44,379 bases of DNA, from positions 1 through 44,379 of the IMG/VR virus record IMGVR_UViG_3300045988_028516; one strand, given 5' to 3'. Below the pieces are notes generated by a model. It ran no database searches. It saw nothing but the letters and a program-made list of their open reading frames with translations, and was not told the origin of the DNA. Below are positions 15,692 to 24,939 of this stretch, piece by piece (position 1 is the stretch's first letter; each line of letters opens with the position of its first letter). Made by a program: the position numbers and the translations under genes. Source of the stretch: a virus.

Positions 15692-18085
15692 TTACACGCC
15701 GGACAGAGCCGCGCCGTACATGCGGTTTCTGCGGTTCTGACCTGCCGTGATTTCCTTTCCGTCAAGATAAATGTGCGTATCTCCGTTACGCATACCCGAC
15801 ATCAAAGGCGCAATCGCATTGTAAACGCCATTGGAAACAGCCTCTACAATCTGGTCATTGTTCGCGACAGCCGATCTGCCGCCGATAGAGCCGACCAGCT
15901 CCGGCCCGGACTCTCGTGCATAGAAAAGCTGACCGGATGTGACAAAGCCGCCGGATGCAAATTTGCCGACAGTGTGTGAAAACTTCGGCTTTACAACGTT
16001 GCTGACAGCCGGAAGCGTCGCATTATCACCGCCTGTAAAGATACTGACAATACTGTTTTTTGCATTGGTTATCCAAGGCTCTACTGTTGACGTCCACCAA
16101 TTTTTGATTTTGTTGAACGGCTCCTTGATCTTTTCTGTGATAGCATCCCAGTTCGGCTCACTTCCCGCAATGAGGGAGCCAACCGCTTCTTTAATCATCT
16201 CAAGCCCTAGCGGCGCGCCAACGCCGCTAAACAGCAAGACAACGCCAATAGCTAACATTCCTGAACTCATTGCAAGCCTTTTGATAGTCCCCCAAGCTTT
16301 GGATAGCCACTTTTCCACGGAATCCCAATTAACAGCAGCCGTCGTTGCCAGCCCAGCAGCACCGGCAACAATTAACCCAATTCCGAGAGGCAGTGCCGCC
16401 CCTGAAAACGCCAGAACTAGGCCAATAACAAGTAATCCACTAGAGACAAGCGCAATGGTTTTACCGAACTCTCCCTGTAGCGCATTTTTTATTGTGTCCC
16501 AATTAACTGCAACCACGCTGGCCAACCCCGCCGCACCGGCAATCATAAGCCCGATTCCAAGCGGGAGATTCGCACCGGAGAATGTAAGCACACAGCCCAA
16601 AACAAGCAATCCGGCAGACACAGCAGCGAGGATCTTCCCGAGCGTCCCTTGCAATTGCTTTTTCATTCGCTCCCAGTCGAGTTTCGCCGCCGCTCCAAGA
16701 GCCGCCGCGCCTGTCAGCATAAGGCCAATGCCAAGAGGAATATTCGCGCCGGAGAACGCAAGAATCACGCCAACAACAAGCACCCCCGCACCGACGGCAA
16801 TCATGATCTTCTCGATTGTGTCCTTGACCTTTTCGGTCATTTCGTCCCAGTTCGCCGCAATTTCTTTCGCAAATAGATACGCGCCCGCAGCCATGAGGCC
16901 GAGGCCCAGCAGAATGTTTGCGCCAGAGAATGTAAGAATTGCACCGATAACGAACATCCCGAGTGCAGACGTCAGGATTCCGTATGCGGAAGTAACGAAT
17001 TCCTGAATCCTTGTTAGGACTTCTGCGAATTTCTTTGCTTTTTCGCTGATCTGCGCTTCCTCGAACATATCCGAGTAGTACGCGCCAGCGGCTCCGCCGC
17101 CTCCACCCTTGTTTTCATCGTTCAGACGGTTGATCTCGTCGAAGCCGAGCAGCGTCTTTTGCAGTTCCTTTGCTGCGCTGGATGCACTCTTGAGGCTCTT
17201 CGCATAGTCCACTGTGTTCTTTTTTGCCTTTGTGAATGTGCTTTGACCTCTCAGTGCTTGGAAGAACTGATTGACGGCATTTGCCGCCGTTATAAATGCG
17301 CTTGCAATTGTGTTAATAACGGGGAGCAACGCTGCAAGTGCAGGCATGACCGCCGCGCCAACGGAATTTTTGACCTGTAGCAATGTTGACGCATACTCGG
17401 ACATGGTGGCGTTTGCGGTCGCCGCGTCTGTGCTGTTCAGGGCGGCGCTGTACTGCACGAGATTGTTCACGCCCTCTTTGCAGGCCGTAGATATTCCCTT
17501 GATCGCGAAACGAACTGCGCGATACACAGCGATACGCCCAAGAGATTTTACCAATCCCTTTATCTGGCTTCCTATTGCAGAGAGTGGAAATATCGCCGCC
17601 TTCGCCGCGCCGATAACGCCTTTATTTAATGCCTCCGAGAAAGCCTTGAAGTCAGATACGGACGCTCTCGCAGCGTCGCCAGCTTCCATGACCTGTTCCG
17701 TCACTTGCCCGACTTCAACTTCATCCGCCGCGCCCATTTGCACCGCCGCAGCTGGAGCATTTGCCGGAGTGCCGGTATTCCTCGGCCCATTCGCCGCGCC
17801 TGCTACAGCGTTCACGTTCTGCGCCGCCTCTCTGAGGTTTGAGAAGTCGATATCCGCAATGCCCTGTAGCGTCTGTAATGTCGTTGAAAGGCCGTCATTC
17901 GCGCCCGTGACATTATTTATCGCCGTACCCAAACTCTTTATCTGGTTGACAGCAGCCTTTAATCCCGCGCCACCTGAAACAGATTGCTTCAACTGCGTCA
18001 GCGCCGAAACAAGCCCCTCTATTCCGCTCGAGGCGTCCGAAGCGCTTTTTTTAATCTCAATTTCCAGTGTTTCAACTGTCGCCAC
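15692..18085 (-). CDS. Tape measure protein
   Basis: 797 aa, alpha-helical and Ala-rich, with five hydrophobic repeats of about 51 aa. It follows the frameshifted chaperone pair. Confidence 0.88.
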   Translation of the reverse strand: MATVETLEIEIKKSASDASSGIEGLVSALTQLKQSVSGGAGLKAAVNQIKSLGTAINNVTGANDGLSTTLQTLQGIADIDFSNLREAAQNVNAVAGAANGPRNTGTPANAPAAAVQMGAADEVEVGQVTEQVMEAGDAARASVSDFKAFSEALNKGVIGAAKAAIFPLSAIGSQIKGLVKSLGRIAVYRAVRFAIKGISTACKEGVNNLVQYSAALNSTDAATANATMSEYASTLLQVKNSVGAAVMPALAALLPVINTIASAFITAANAVNQFFQALRGQSTFTKAKKNTVDYAKSLKSASSAAKELQKTLLGFDEINRLNDENKGGGGGAAGAYYSDMFEEAQISEKAKKFAEVLTRIQEFVTSAYGILTSALGMFVIGAILTFSGANILLGLGLMAAGAYLFAKEIAANWDEMTEKVKDTIEKIMIAVGAGVLVVGVILAFSGANIPLGIGLMLTGAAALGAAAKLDWERMKKQLQGTLGKILAAVSAGLLVLGCVLTFSGANLPLGIGLMIAGAAGLASVVAVNWDTIKNALQGEFGKTIALVSSGLLVIGLVLAFSGAALPLGIGLIVAGAAGLATTAAVNWDSVEKWLSKAWGTIKRLAMSSGMLAIGVVLLFSGVGAPLGLEMIKEAVGSLIAGSEPNWDAITEKIKEPFNKIKNWWTSTVEPWITNAKNSIVSIFTGGDNATLPAVSNVVKPKFSHTVGKFASGGFVTSGQLFYARESGPELVGSIGGRSAVANNDQIVEAVSNGVYNAIAPLMSGMRNGDTHIYLDGKEITAGQNRRNRMYGAALSGV

Positions 18086-18796
18086 TCATATCACCACTTT
18101 TCTTTTTGAAATTCCGCTCCATATTCTTGAAGAATGCGATCGCCCTTTCTCTCTCACGCCTTGCCCGTGCCGCCCGTTCTTCCGGCGTGTCCGGTGTGAT
18201 CTTCCGGGGTTTGCTCGGATACTCGATGGGCTTTTTGCCTTTCCCGGCAAAGGCGTTGGACAGTGCGATAGAAATAGCATCAAAAAAATAAACGCCTTGG
18301 AGCCACAATTCATAATTCTTGCTCTCAAGACGTAATCTGTCTGCTTCAATATAAGGCTTCATCTTGGCGGGATTCATATTCCAGAATCCCGCCTCGCTGA
18401 TTCCGATCATGAGACATTGCGGAAGATACGTCTCAATGCACTCCTCACGAAAGGATGCGTAGTGCTTTTTTACGCAGTTTCCGTCTGGCCCTTGCTGTCC
18501 GCCGTTTCCGCTCTCTTGGACAGAGCCTGAAAAAAACCGCTTTCTTCGACGGCCTGACGGAGAACATCTGCAATCTCCTCCATCGTACCGCCGTTCAAAA
18601 TGTGCTTCTCGATCTCTTCTCCTGCCTGATCCGCCTTGACGCCCATGCACATAGCCGCGTAAGCACGGATAAACATGATGGACTTCGCTTCGATATCGGA
18701 CATGGGAACGCCCATATCCTCGAACTGGCAGACCGTGTTGAAGGTGATCTCCTTTGTCGGATACCCCTTCCCGTTAATTACGATTCTCTCCTGCAT
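18072..18796 (-). CDS. Tail assembly chaperone -1 frameshift product (gpGT-like)
   Basis: The -1 frame is open from the U7 slip site down to 18072. The post-slip reading FFSGSVQESGNGGQQGPDGN matches the 192-aa ORF in the track. Confidence 0.6.
18470..18796 (-). CDS. Tail assembly chaperone (gpG-like)
   Basis: Lies between the major tail protein and the tape measure gene. ATG 18796 is 7 nt after GGAGG. Confidence 0.75.
   Translation of the reverse strand: MQERIVINGKGYPTKEITFNTVCQFEDMGVPMSDIEAKSIMFIRAYAAMCMGVKADQAGEEIEKHILNGGTMEEIADVLRQAVEESGFFQALSKRAETADSKGQTETA
18530..18536 (-). promoter_or_regulatory. Slippery heptanucleotide (UUUUUUU on the mRNA) for a programmed -1 frameshift
   Basis: GGT TTT TTT CAG in the G frame, 20 codons before the G stop codon. 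Confidence 0.6.
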
Positions 18797-18814
18797 ACAC
18801 ATTCCTCCATGAAA

Positions 18815-19291
18815 TTAGGCACTTGCCGTCGGTTTTACTGCCGTGTTCCAGCCAATGTTTCCGTTCGGGGTGATATATGCCGTGTTCTCAAGAACACTGT
18901 CCACCTCCGCGCCAGCAAAGCCAAGCGGAGACGGGTTCCCCGTGAAGAAAAACGCCTTGGTCAGGCCGGGGACGTAGAATTCCCACCACGTTTTCTTTCC
19001 GGCTTCCGCTGCGGTCTTATACTGGTCAACAATATCATCCCAAGTCGTTTGCAGATCGTTGGACATGTTGAAGGTCACAGCCAGCGCCCCGCCGGGGTCT
19101 TTCAGACCGTCGATGTAGGTTTTCCATTCCGTCGCTTCGAGCGGCGTCGTTTCCAGCGTGGACGGCTCCGGATTCATGTCCGGGAGGCTCTTTGCGCCCT
19201 TGATCTGCGTGAAAGCCGACGGCTTTGTCCCCGCGACTGTTTCGATAGCATAGCCAAGCAGAATGCCTGCCGTGCTGAGTTCAATTGCCAT
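18815..19291 (-). CDS. Major tail protein
   Basis: 158 aa, positioned directly upstream of the chaperone pair. Confidence 0.75.
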   Translation of the reverse strand: MAIELSTAGILLGYAIETVAGTKPSAFTQIKGAKSLPDMNPEPSTLETTPLEATEWKTYIDGLKDPGGALAVTFNMSNDLQTTWDDIVDQYKTAAEAGKKTWWEFYVPGLTKAFFFTGNPSPLGFAGAEVDSVLENTAYITPNGNIGWNTAVKPTASA

Positions 19292-19295
19292 TTGG

Positions 19296-19703
19296 CTACC
19301 TCCTTAGAAGTCGTTTATTTTCGTCAACGACTGTCCGATACCGTGCGTTCATCCGGTAGATGGATGTTTCCGCGTTCGGCAATGTCATGGGTTGCCTGCT
19401 CAGTCTGGCAAAACCCATCGCTGACATTTTTTCGTCAATCGTCTGCATGATCTCTTTTGCCTGTGCTTTGCGCCCACTTTTGAGGTTGCTGTATACGTTG
19501 ACCTCATACATGAGCTGAGAGTGGTGTGAACCTTCCGTATCAAGCGCCGGAAGGTACGCTGCGTTGTCCTCTTCGATAATGCTGACAGCCGGGAAAAACT
19601 CAGGAGCGTGGACATACTCGCCAGTCACAAAAATGTCCCCGTATTTCGCTTCCAACGTCGTTGCAACCGCATCGAACACATCTGTCTCAATATCAGGAAC
19701 CAC
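19296..19703 (-). CDS. Tail terminator / tail completion protein-like
   Basis: 135 aa; assigned by position in the neck gene series. Confidence 0.55.
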   Translation of the reverse strand: MVPDIETDVFDAVATTLEAKYGDIFVTGEYVHAPEFFPAVSIIEEDNAAYLPALDTEGSHHSQLMYEVNVYSNLKSGRKAQAKEIMQTIDEKMSAMGFARLSRQPMTLPNAETSIYRMNARYRTVVDENKRLLRR

Positions 19704-20181
19704 CTGTGAACACCTCCCGCGCTATCCGCAAAATCTCCTGCTGTAGTTCTTTCCCCGTCTGGTACATCGTCGCGGACGGCGGGTTGCCGTATGTATGCAA
19801 GCCGCCCTTGCTTTTTGGAAGATACCATCCGCTCGGGTCATCCCAGTGTCCCTTTCCGGGGTATGTGCCGGGGCCGTATCCCATTGGGTCAGGATGTCCA
19901 TAGCCGTATTTGACGCCGGAGCCGAACTCGATGAACAGAACAGATTCACCGGACGCAATGATGGAATATCCGTTTTCTATCGGCTCGACCGATATGGAAA
20001 CGTCCTTTTCTCCCGTATATATGGCGTGGGAAAAGCCTAGTGAAGCCTTTGTAGCGCCCAACGTCGCAAGCCTACGAATCACTTCGTCAATTTTCCTGTC
20101 CCACTCCGCGTCCAGCTTCTTTATCTCTCGAATCGCCCTGTTGATGGATACGGCGTTCAGCTCTACCGTTATTTTCTTCAC
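19693..20181 (-). CDS. HK97 gp10-like neck/tail-component protein
   Basis: GTG 20181 overlaps the upstream TGA (GTGA). 162 aa beginning VKKITVELNAVSINRAIREIKKL. Confidence 0.55.
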   Translation of the reverse strand: MKKITVELNAVSINRAIREIKKLDAEWDRKIDEVIRRLATLGATKASLGFSHAIYTGEKDVSISVEPIENGYSIIASGESVLFIEFGSGVKYGYGHPDPMGYGPGTYPGKGHWDDPSGWYLPKSKGGLHTYGNPPSATMYQTGKELQQEILRIAREVFTGGS

Positions 20182-20555
20182 GACACTGACACCTTCTTGA
20201 TTGCAATGGTAGTGCTGTTGATAGACCGTGCGATTTTTGCAACAACATAGTCCCACGGCGTATCTGTCGAGCCGTCAGAAGCGATTTCCGGCGCTTTCTC
20301 AATCCACAGAACCGATGCCTCGTCTATGCCGAGATTCCGGTCACAGCTCGTTATCGTCCTGTCATAGTCAGCGTTGATTCCGAAATGCTCGTCATCCAAC
20401 GAACCGCGTGCAGCGGAAACATTCTCCATCGCCTTGACCGGATTCCCGTATCGCGTCACATACTGGCCGGTTCGCTTCCCGCCAGAAAGGGTTTCATCGC
20501 TTCCGACAAGGTTTGCGTACCAGAACGTCCTTTTGTTGCGTCTAAGTGATCTCAA
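20178..20555 (-). CDS. Head closure / head-tail adaptor protein
   Basis: 125 aa; assigned by position, with overlapping start and stop. Confidence 0.55.
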   Translation of the reverse strand: MRSLRRNKRTFWYANLVGSDETLSGGKRTGQYVTRYGNPVKAMENVSAARGSLDDEHFGINADYDRTITSCDRNLGIDEASVLWIEKAPEIASDGSTDTPWDYVVAKIARSINSTTIAIKKVSVS

Positions 20556-20872
20556 TACGTCACCACCTTCGCGCAGACGTTATTTCGGATATAGGCTACC
20601 ATGTCAGAATGCTTGAACACTCTGGAAATGCCGTTTTCGTTGTGGGATGTCTGGTTCTCCGTGCCGATCAGGTTGTATCCGGCGATCACTGCCATGATCT
20701 GAACTGTATCGTAGTTTGGGGAAACACTCTCAGCACCAGACCATGACAGGATTTCGCTTTCGGCCATAGACAGGTACGCACCGATCAGCTCGTCTTCCGC
20801 GCTCTCTCCCAAAAGGAGTTCAACCGTTCTGATTTTTTCGTCAAACGTCACGATGCGTACCCCCCTTATCAA
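20552..20872 (-). CDS. gp6-like head-tail connector protein
   Basis: 106 aa, immediately after the capsid gene. Confidence 0.55.
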   Translation of the reverse strand: MIRGVRIVTFDEKIRTVELLLGESAEDELIGAYLSMAESEILSWSGAESVSPNYDTVQIMAVIAGYNLIGTENQTSHNENGISRVFKHSDMVAYIRNNVCAKVVTY

Positions 20873-21804
20873 GCGATAGTGTACCAGCCCTTGTCCTTGG
20901 GACTGTCGCCGGAAGCGGGCGTAACGGCAACATAGCCGACGCCGGACTTTGCGTAGTAGGTCTTGCCGCTGTTTACGGACGTATCCTGCGATGCAGTCGC
21001 CGTGCCCTTGAAGATCTTCACGTCCTTTGTCTCGTCGGTGAGGGCGGCAAGGTAATACTTGCGGGAGAAGATGGTGTTCTCGCGCTTGTTCGCCGCTTCC
21101 TCGGAGCGGGTGTTCGCGGTGTTCTGCTCGATCTCCACGCCCTTCTTGTTGAACAGCGTGACTGCTTCCTTCGTCGCCATGTACACAGAACCGCTCGTTG
21201 CGTCCTTCTTGGTAAAGACGTTAACACCGGCAACCGTGCCGACGTAGCCGCTTCTAGCGAACGCCTCGACATACTGAAGGGTATCCTTGAGTTCCTTCCG
21301 CAGCTCCGCAACGTCGGACGGGCTGACAAAGGCGAAGATGCTCGTTCCTTCGAGGTTTTCGAGGTTAAGCATCGCCTGTGCGTCTGCGAAAGCATCGAAG
21401 TTCAGTTTCACGACGGGAACAACGATGGTTGCCTTCGCGAACTCGCCGTAAACATCGTCGTTGACGGTGTTGAACATGTCGGAACCGGCGCGGCGCATAC
21501 CGACGGGGACGATCATCGGGTCTTCCATTGCGTCCTCGTCAAAATACTTGAAGCGGTTCTGAGCCAGCTTGATTTCGTAGTCCTTCGGCACATAGCTGAC
21601 CTCGATGGTCTTCGTGTTGCCATCGCCCTTCTTGAGCTTTTCCGTACCGGCCGTCGCAGAATAGCGGTTGATCTTGCGAATCATGCCAGCAACGCCGGTC
21701 AGAGTGTTGTCTACCGTGCAAAACTGCTGGAGATCGAGGTGGGAATTGTACTGGTCTTCGACCTCATTCGAGAGGAAGAAATTGCTGTAAGGGTTGTTCG
21801 GCAT
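20869..21804 (-). CDS. Major capsid protein
   Basis: 311 aa, following the scaffold gene. Confidence 0.8.
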   Translation of the reverse strand: MPNNPYSNFFLSNEVEDQYNSHLDLQQFCTVDNTLTGVAGMIRKINRYSATAGTEKLKKGDGNTKTIEVSYVPKDYEIKLAQNRFKYFDEDAMEDPMIVPVGMRRAGSDMFNTVNDDVYGEFAKATIVVPVVKLNFDAFADAQAMLNLENLEGTSIFAFVSPSDVAELRKELKDTLQYVEAFARSGYVGTVAGVNVFTKKDATSGSVYMATKEAVTLFNKKGVEIEQNTANTRSEEAANKRENTIFSRKYYLAALTDETKDVKIFKGTATASQDTSVNSGKTYYAKSGVGYVAVTPASGDSPKDKGWYTIA

Positions 21805-21807
21805 AGT

Positions 21808-22371
21808 TTAGTTACCTCCGTAAAGTTTTTCGTACTGTTCCGGGTTCTTCTGCGAGAACTCGTATCGTTCTGCTACGCTCATCTTGCGCAGGCTATCGAT
21901 GGTAACACCGGCGTCTTTCCCGGCAGGGGGCTTTTCGTTGCCAGCAAGCTTCTCTGCGTCAGCAGCCGCTTTAAGCGCTTCGTTGTGCTTCTGCTGATTC
22001 GTAAAGACAACATCCATCTTTCCGTCTGCAAGCGCTTCCGCTGTTTCGGTCGCGAGCTGTTCCGCATAGCCAAGGCCGAGGAATCTTGCCTTGTAGTCGG
22101 CAACGACCTTCTCTTTTCTGAGCTGTTCAAGCTCCTCCATGATCTTTTTCTCGTTTGCCGCTCGCTCTGCCGCCGCCGCTTCGTCCTCCGTCATCTTCGA
22201 CTTGAGCTGTTTAGACAGGTCTGCCGCCTCAGACGCCTTACGGTCGAACACGGACTTTTCAACGTACTTCGACATGTCGACCGGATCGGCGAATTCCATG
22301 CCTGTAATTGCCTCTCTGGCCTCCTGCGGGAGCGCGTCGAAATTGGGGATTTTACTGGTGTCGATTTTCAT
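21808..22371 (-). CDS. Scaffolding protein
   Basis: 187 aa, acidic, helical, Ala/Glu/Lys-rich. Confidence 0.75.
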   Translation of the reverse strand: MKIDTSKIPNFDALPQEAREAITGMEFADPVDMSKYVEKSVFDRKASEAADLSKQLKSKMTEDEAAAAERAANEKKIMEELEQLRKEKVVADYKARFLGLGYAEQLATETAEALADGKMDVVFTNQQKHNEALKAAADAEKLAGNEKPPAGKDAGVTIDSLRKMSVAERYEFSQKNPEQYEKLYGGN

Positions 22372-22470
22372 AATTCATTCTCCTTTGGGATTTAAGGCTT
22401 CTCTGCCTATTCTTTTTGGGCTTTTTTCGCTGATCTCCCAGCGTTTGGGTTTAGGCTCTTCTCTGAGCTA

Positions 22471-22515
22471 AACAAAAAATGGCCGACAAGAAGGAAATAC
22501 CCTCTCGTCGGCCAT
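22471..22515 (-). terminator. Intrinsic terminator-like hairpin inside the late operon (upstream of the scaffold gene)
   Basis: On the minus strand: ATGGCCGAC, 19-nt loop, GTCGGCCAT, then TTTTTGTT. Confidence 0.55.
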
Positions 22516-22564
22516 GCCTTGCCGCTTCCATCGGTCATCAGTTTACCGATAGGCCGATATTCAG

Positions 22565-22699
22565 TTATTTGTCCGGTCTGTGCTTCACTTTCCGAGATAC
22601 TTCAACGACGACAATACCGGCTTTTTCGTTTTTGATCTCGGCGATACCGCCGTTTTTCAAAATTGCCTCGATTGCGGCCATCACTTTTTCGTCTAACAA
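22565..22699 (-). CDS. Possible small protein (44 aa from TTG, 38 aa from ATG 22681)
   Basis: GGAG lies 7 nt before TTG 22699. Translation includes MAAIEAILKNGGIAEIKNEKAGIVVVEVSRKVKHRPDK. Confidence 0.35.
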   Translation of the reverse strand: MLDEKVMAAIEAILKNGGIAEIKNEKAGIVVVEVSRKVKHRPDK

Positions 22700-22703
22700 A
22701 GTA

Positions 22704-23351
22704 TCACTCCCTCACAGGCTCTAATACGCACCTGCATCCGTAATGTGCCTTCGGCGGCACTTTGTCTATGTCGTAAACAACGCCGTTTCGCTTCCTGCAC
22801 TCCTTACAGACACGGTTGTCTCCCATCGTTACCCATCGGACGAGACGAACGCCGCTGTCCCGGAACGCATCACGCATCGCCGCGTCGCAAGCGCCGATTC
22901 CGTACTGCGTTGTCTGCTGCCACCAATACGCCGCAGAGCGTTTCAGATCGTGCTGGAATCCCTCTCTGCTGTCGTACTCGCGGTCTGTTAGGATACACTC
23001 GTTCAGCCGCATTCTGCGTCGAACAACCTCGTTTTCGTAGATGTAGCGCGTAACTGGATTGTATTCCTGCAAGTAGGACTCTACCCACTTTGCGTCGATT
23101 TTTCTCCTCTTTCCGGAAAAACCAAGCGATGAAGCCTGCCCGAATGCGAAAAGATACGCAAAGTATCCACTGTCCAGATACAGCTTTTTATTTTTCTCAG
23201 AAAGCCGTTTGTACATCTGCGCGGTCGTTTTTCGCGTGTTCAGCACGTTAAGCTCGTCAAATCCCATCAGAGACAGGCGGTTGAACTCACGTCGTAGGCT
23301 GTTCTTCACCTTCGGAAGCTCTTTGTCCAGCTTCTTGTAGATCGTCGTCAT
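22704..23351 (-). CDS. Minor head protein, SPP1 gp7 / Mu F-like
   Basis: The C-terminus has DNRVCKECRKRNGVVYDIDKVPPKAHYGCRCVL, the Phage_Mu_F signature. Confidence 0.82.
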   Translation of the reverse strand: MTTIYKKLDKELPKVKNSLRREFNRLSLMGFDELNVLNTRKTTAQMYKRLSEKNKKLYLDSGYFAYLFAFGQASSLGFSGKRRKIDAKWVESYLQEYNPVTRYIYENEVVRRRMRLNECILTDREYDSREGFQHDLKRSAAYWWQQTTQYGIGACDAAMRDAFRDSGVRLVRWVTMGDNRVCKECRKRNGVVYDIDKVPPKAHYGCRCVLEPVRE

Positions 23352-24768
23352 CGTCGCTTACCTCTTCCGGCTCCCATTTCTGCATCTGTTCTTGGTAGTA
23401 AGCCTCCGACATGTTGAACGCCGATTGCGGGTCAGAGAACAGGCCGCAATGCTCGAAGGCAAGCGCAGGGTGAATGTGCGGGTTGTTGAGCATGGAAACA
23501 AGCACCTGAGACTTGCTTTGAATATTATCGTAATTGTGCCGCGTGAATTTAATATCCACGTCTTTCAGCATAAGGGATAAACCGACCGTTCTCTTGATGA
23601 TGGCAAGCGCGATCTTAAGAAATTCTCTTTCGGAACGCTTGAAGTTTGCCTCGTCGGACTTCGCCCTTGCCTCAGCCGTTGACCATCCGTCACGGACAAT
23701 GACCGCCGCGCCCGTGTCGCTTGTGCTTGTGCCGCCGTTTCTGTTCGGCATACCGACGATCTCAAGAACCTTCTGGTAAAGATCGTCGATCAAGGTCTGC
23801 GTCTGTGTCTGGTTGAGCTGTTCGTTCAGAACCTTGATATCGGCCTTGTTTTCACCGAAGGATTTCAGAATAATAAGCCCTGCGTCTCGTAGATTCTTCG
23901 CCTTTTCCTCGTCGATCTCTGCATTGTACAGAACCATAAGAGACTGTATAAACTGGTCTACACCGTCGATTCTATCGCTCTGCGTCGCGTTGATCGCGTC
24001 CAAAAGCGGGAGTACGATTTCAAACGCGCCCTGTCTAGCATTGTTCAAGACATATTCGACAATCGGGATATACCGGACGGAGTTTGGGATCTCCTTTACG
24101 ATACGCCCGACTCCGTTTATGCCTCCGCTCTCGATCTCGAAGTACGTCGTGTCCGTCCAAACGCTATAAACAACCGTCAAATCGTCCTTTCTGACGTACT
24201 TGACGCCCATAACTGGCTTTTCCCCGATTCCGGAGTAATGGACAACAAACGCGCCGCGCGGGTCTAGGCAGTGCACAGAGAACGGCGCATCGTCTCCGAG
24301 GTCTGGCTTCTCTCCGACAGAAAGCGCAGGAACAGCCTTGCCCTTGATTGCGCTATCGTTCGGAAGAATGAGCCTGTACCCGATGCCGCAGATATAGAGC
24401 CATTCCGCAATCTCGTTGTCTACACATGCCTTGCTGCACAGCTCCATGATGTCGTTCAGCTCGCCGACCTCTTTGCTTGTGTCCGTGTCCGACCGGCTAA
24501 CGTATTGGATTGGCTCTCCAAGGAGATGCCCCGTTTTGAAGGACACAATCTCGTTCGCGATGTTCTCCACGATCTTGTTGCAGATTTCAGGACGGATTTC
24601 CTTTGTCCTCTGCAAAACAGGCTGGTTGCCCTTGAAGTAATTATACAGGTACTCAATATCTCCGTAGTTGGAGATATGGTCGTTCATTGCCGCCTCAAGC
24701 ACCGCAAGGACATTTCCCCTGTCTACGCGCTCGATGTCGGTTTTGATTTTTGTTCGTCCAAACTGCAT
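23287..24768 (-). CDS. Portal protein (SPP1 gp6-like)
   Basis: 493 aa from ATG 24768 (SD AGAGG). The longer ORF in the track would run into the tRNA genes. The C-terminal tail is acidic. Confidence 0.88.
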   Translation of the reverse strand: MQFGRTKIKTDIERVDRGNVLAVLEAAMNDHISNYGDIEYLYNYFKGNQPVLQRTKEIRPEICNKIVENIANEIVSFKTGHLLGEPIQYVSRSDTDTSKEVGELNDIMELCSKACVDNEIAEWLYICGIGYRLILPNDSAIKGKAVPALSVGEKPDLGDDAPFSVHCLDPRGAFVVHYSGIGEKPVMGVKYVRKDDLTVVYSVWTDTTYFEIESGGINGVGRIVKEIPNSVRYIPIVEYVLNNARQGAFEIVLPLLDAINATQSDRIDGVDQFIQSLMVLYNAEIDEEKAKNLRDAGLIILKSFGENKADIKVLNEQLNQTQTQTLIDDLYQKVLEIVGMPNRNGGTSTSDTGAAVIVRDGWSTAEARAKSDEANFKRSEREFLKIALAIIKRTVGLSLMLKDVDIKFTRHNYDNIQSKSQVLVSMLNNPHIHPALAFEHCGLFSDPQSAFNMSEAYYQEQMQKWEPEEVSDDDDDLQEAGQRASEGEEQPTT

Positions 24769-24785
24769 AACATACCTCTTTTTGT

Positions 24786-24858
24786 CGCAGGCGGCAGGAA
24801 TCGAACCTGCTAACCGAATTGCTGCCCATTCGAGCTTAACCATCTAGCTTCCGCCTGC
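24786..24858 (-). tRNA. tRNA-like gene with a non-canonical anticodon arm (8-nt loop, no U33); possible pseudo-tRNA
   Basis: Perfect 7-bp acceptor stem GCAGGCG/CGCCTGC, D arm AGCT-AGATGGTTA-AGCT, T arm GCAGG-TTCGATT-CCTGC. The anticodon arm folds only as CGAAT-GGGCAGCA-ATTCG. No encoded CCA. Confidence 0.5.
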
Positions 24859-24862
24859 GTAT

Positions 24863-24939
24863 TGGTGGGCCGTCTCGGAGTCGAACCGAGATATTACCGT
24901 TTATGAGACGGTCGCTCTAGCCATTTGAGATAACGGCCC
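24863..24939 (-). tRNA. tRNA-Met/Ile2 (anticodon CAT), CCA encoded
   Basis: Acceptor GGGCCGT/ACGGCCC, anticodon arm ACCGT-CTCATAA-ACGGT, T arm CTCGG-TTCGACT-CCGAG, then ACCA. Confidence 0.88.

Noticed and set aside
15939-18335. Two plus-strand ORFs of about 355 aa (15939..17006 and 17271..18335)
   Set aside because: They are antisense to the tape measure gene. They are Ala/Ser/Pro-rich shadows with no SD and no operon context.
24769-24843. N-terminal extension of the portal ORF (track start at 24843)
   Set aside because: The extension would be translated through the tRNA-like gene. ATG 24768 has an SD and yields a typical SPP1-type portal N-terminus.
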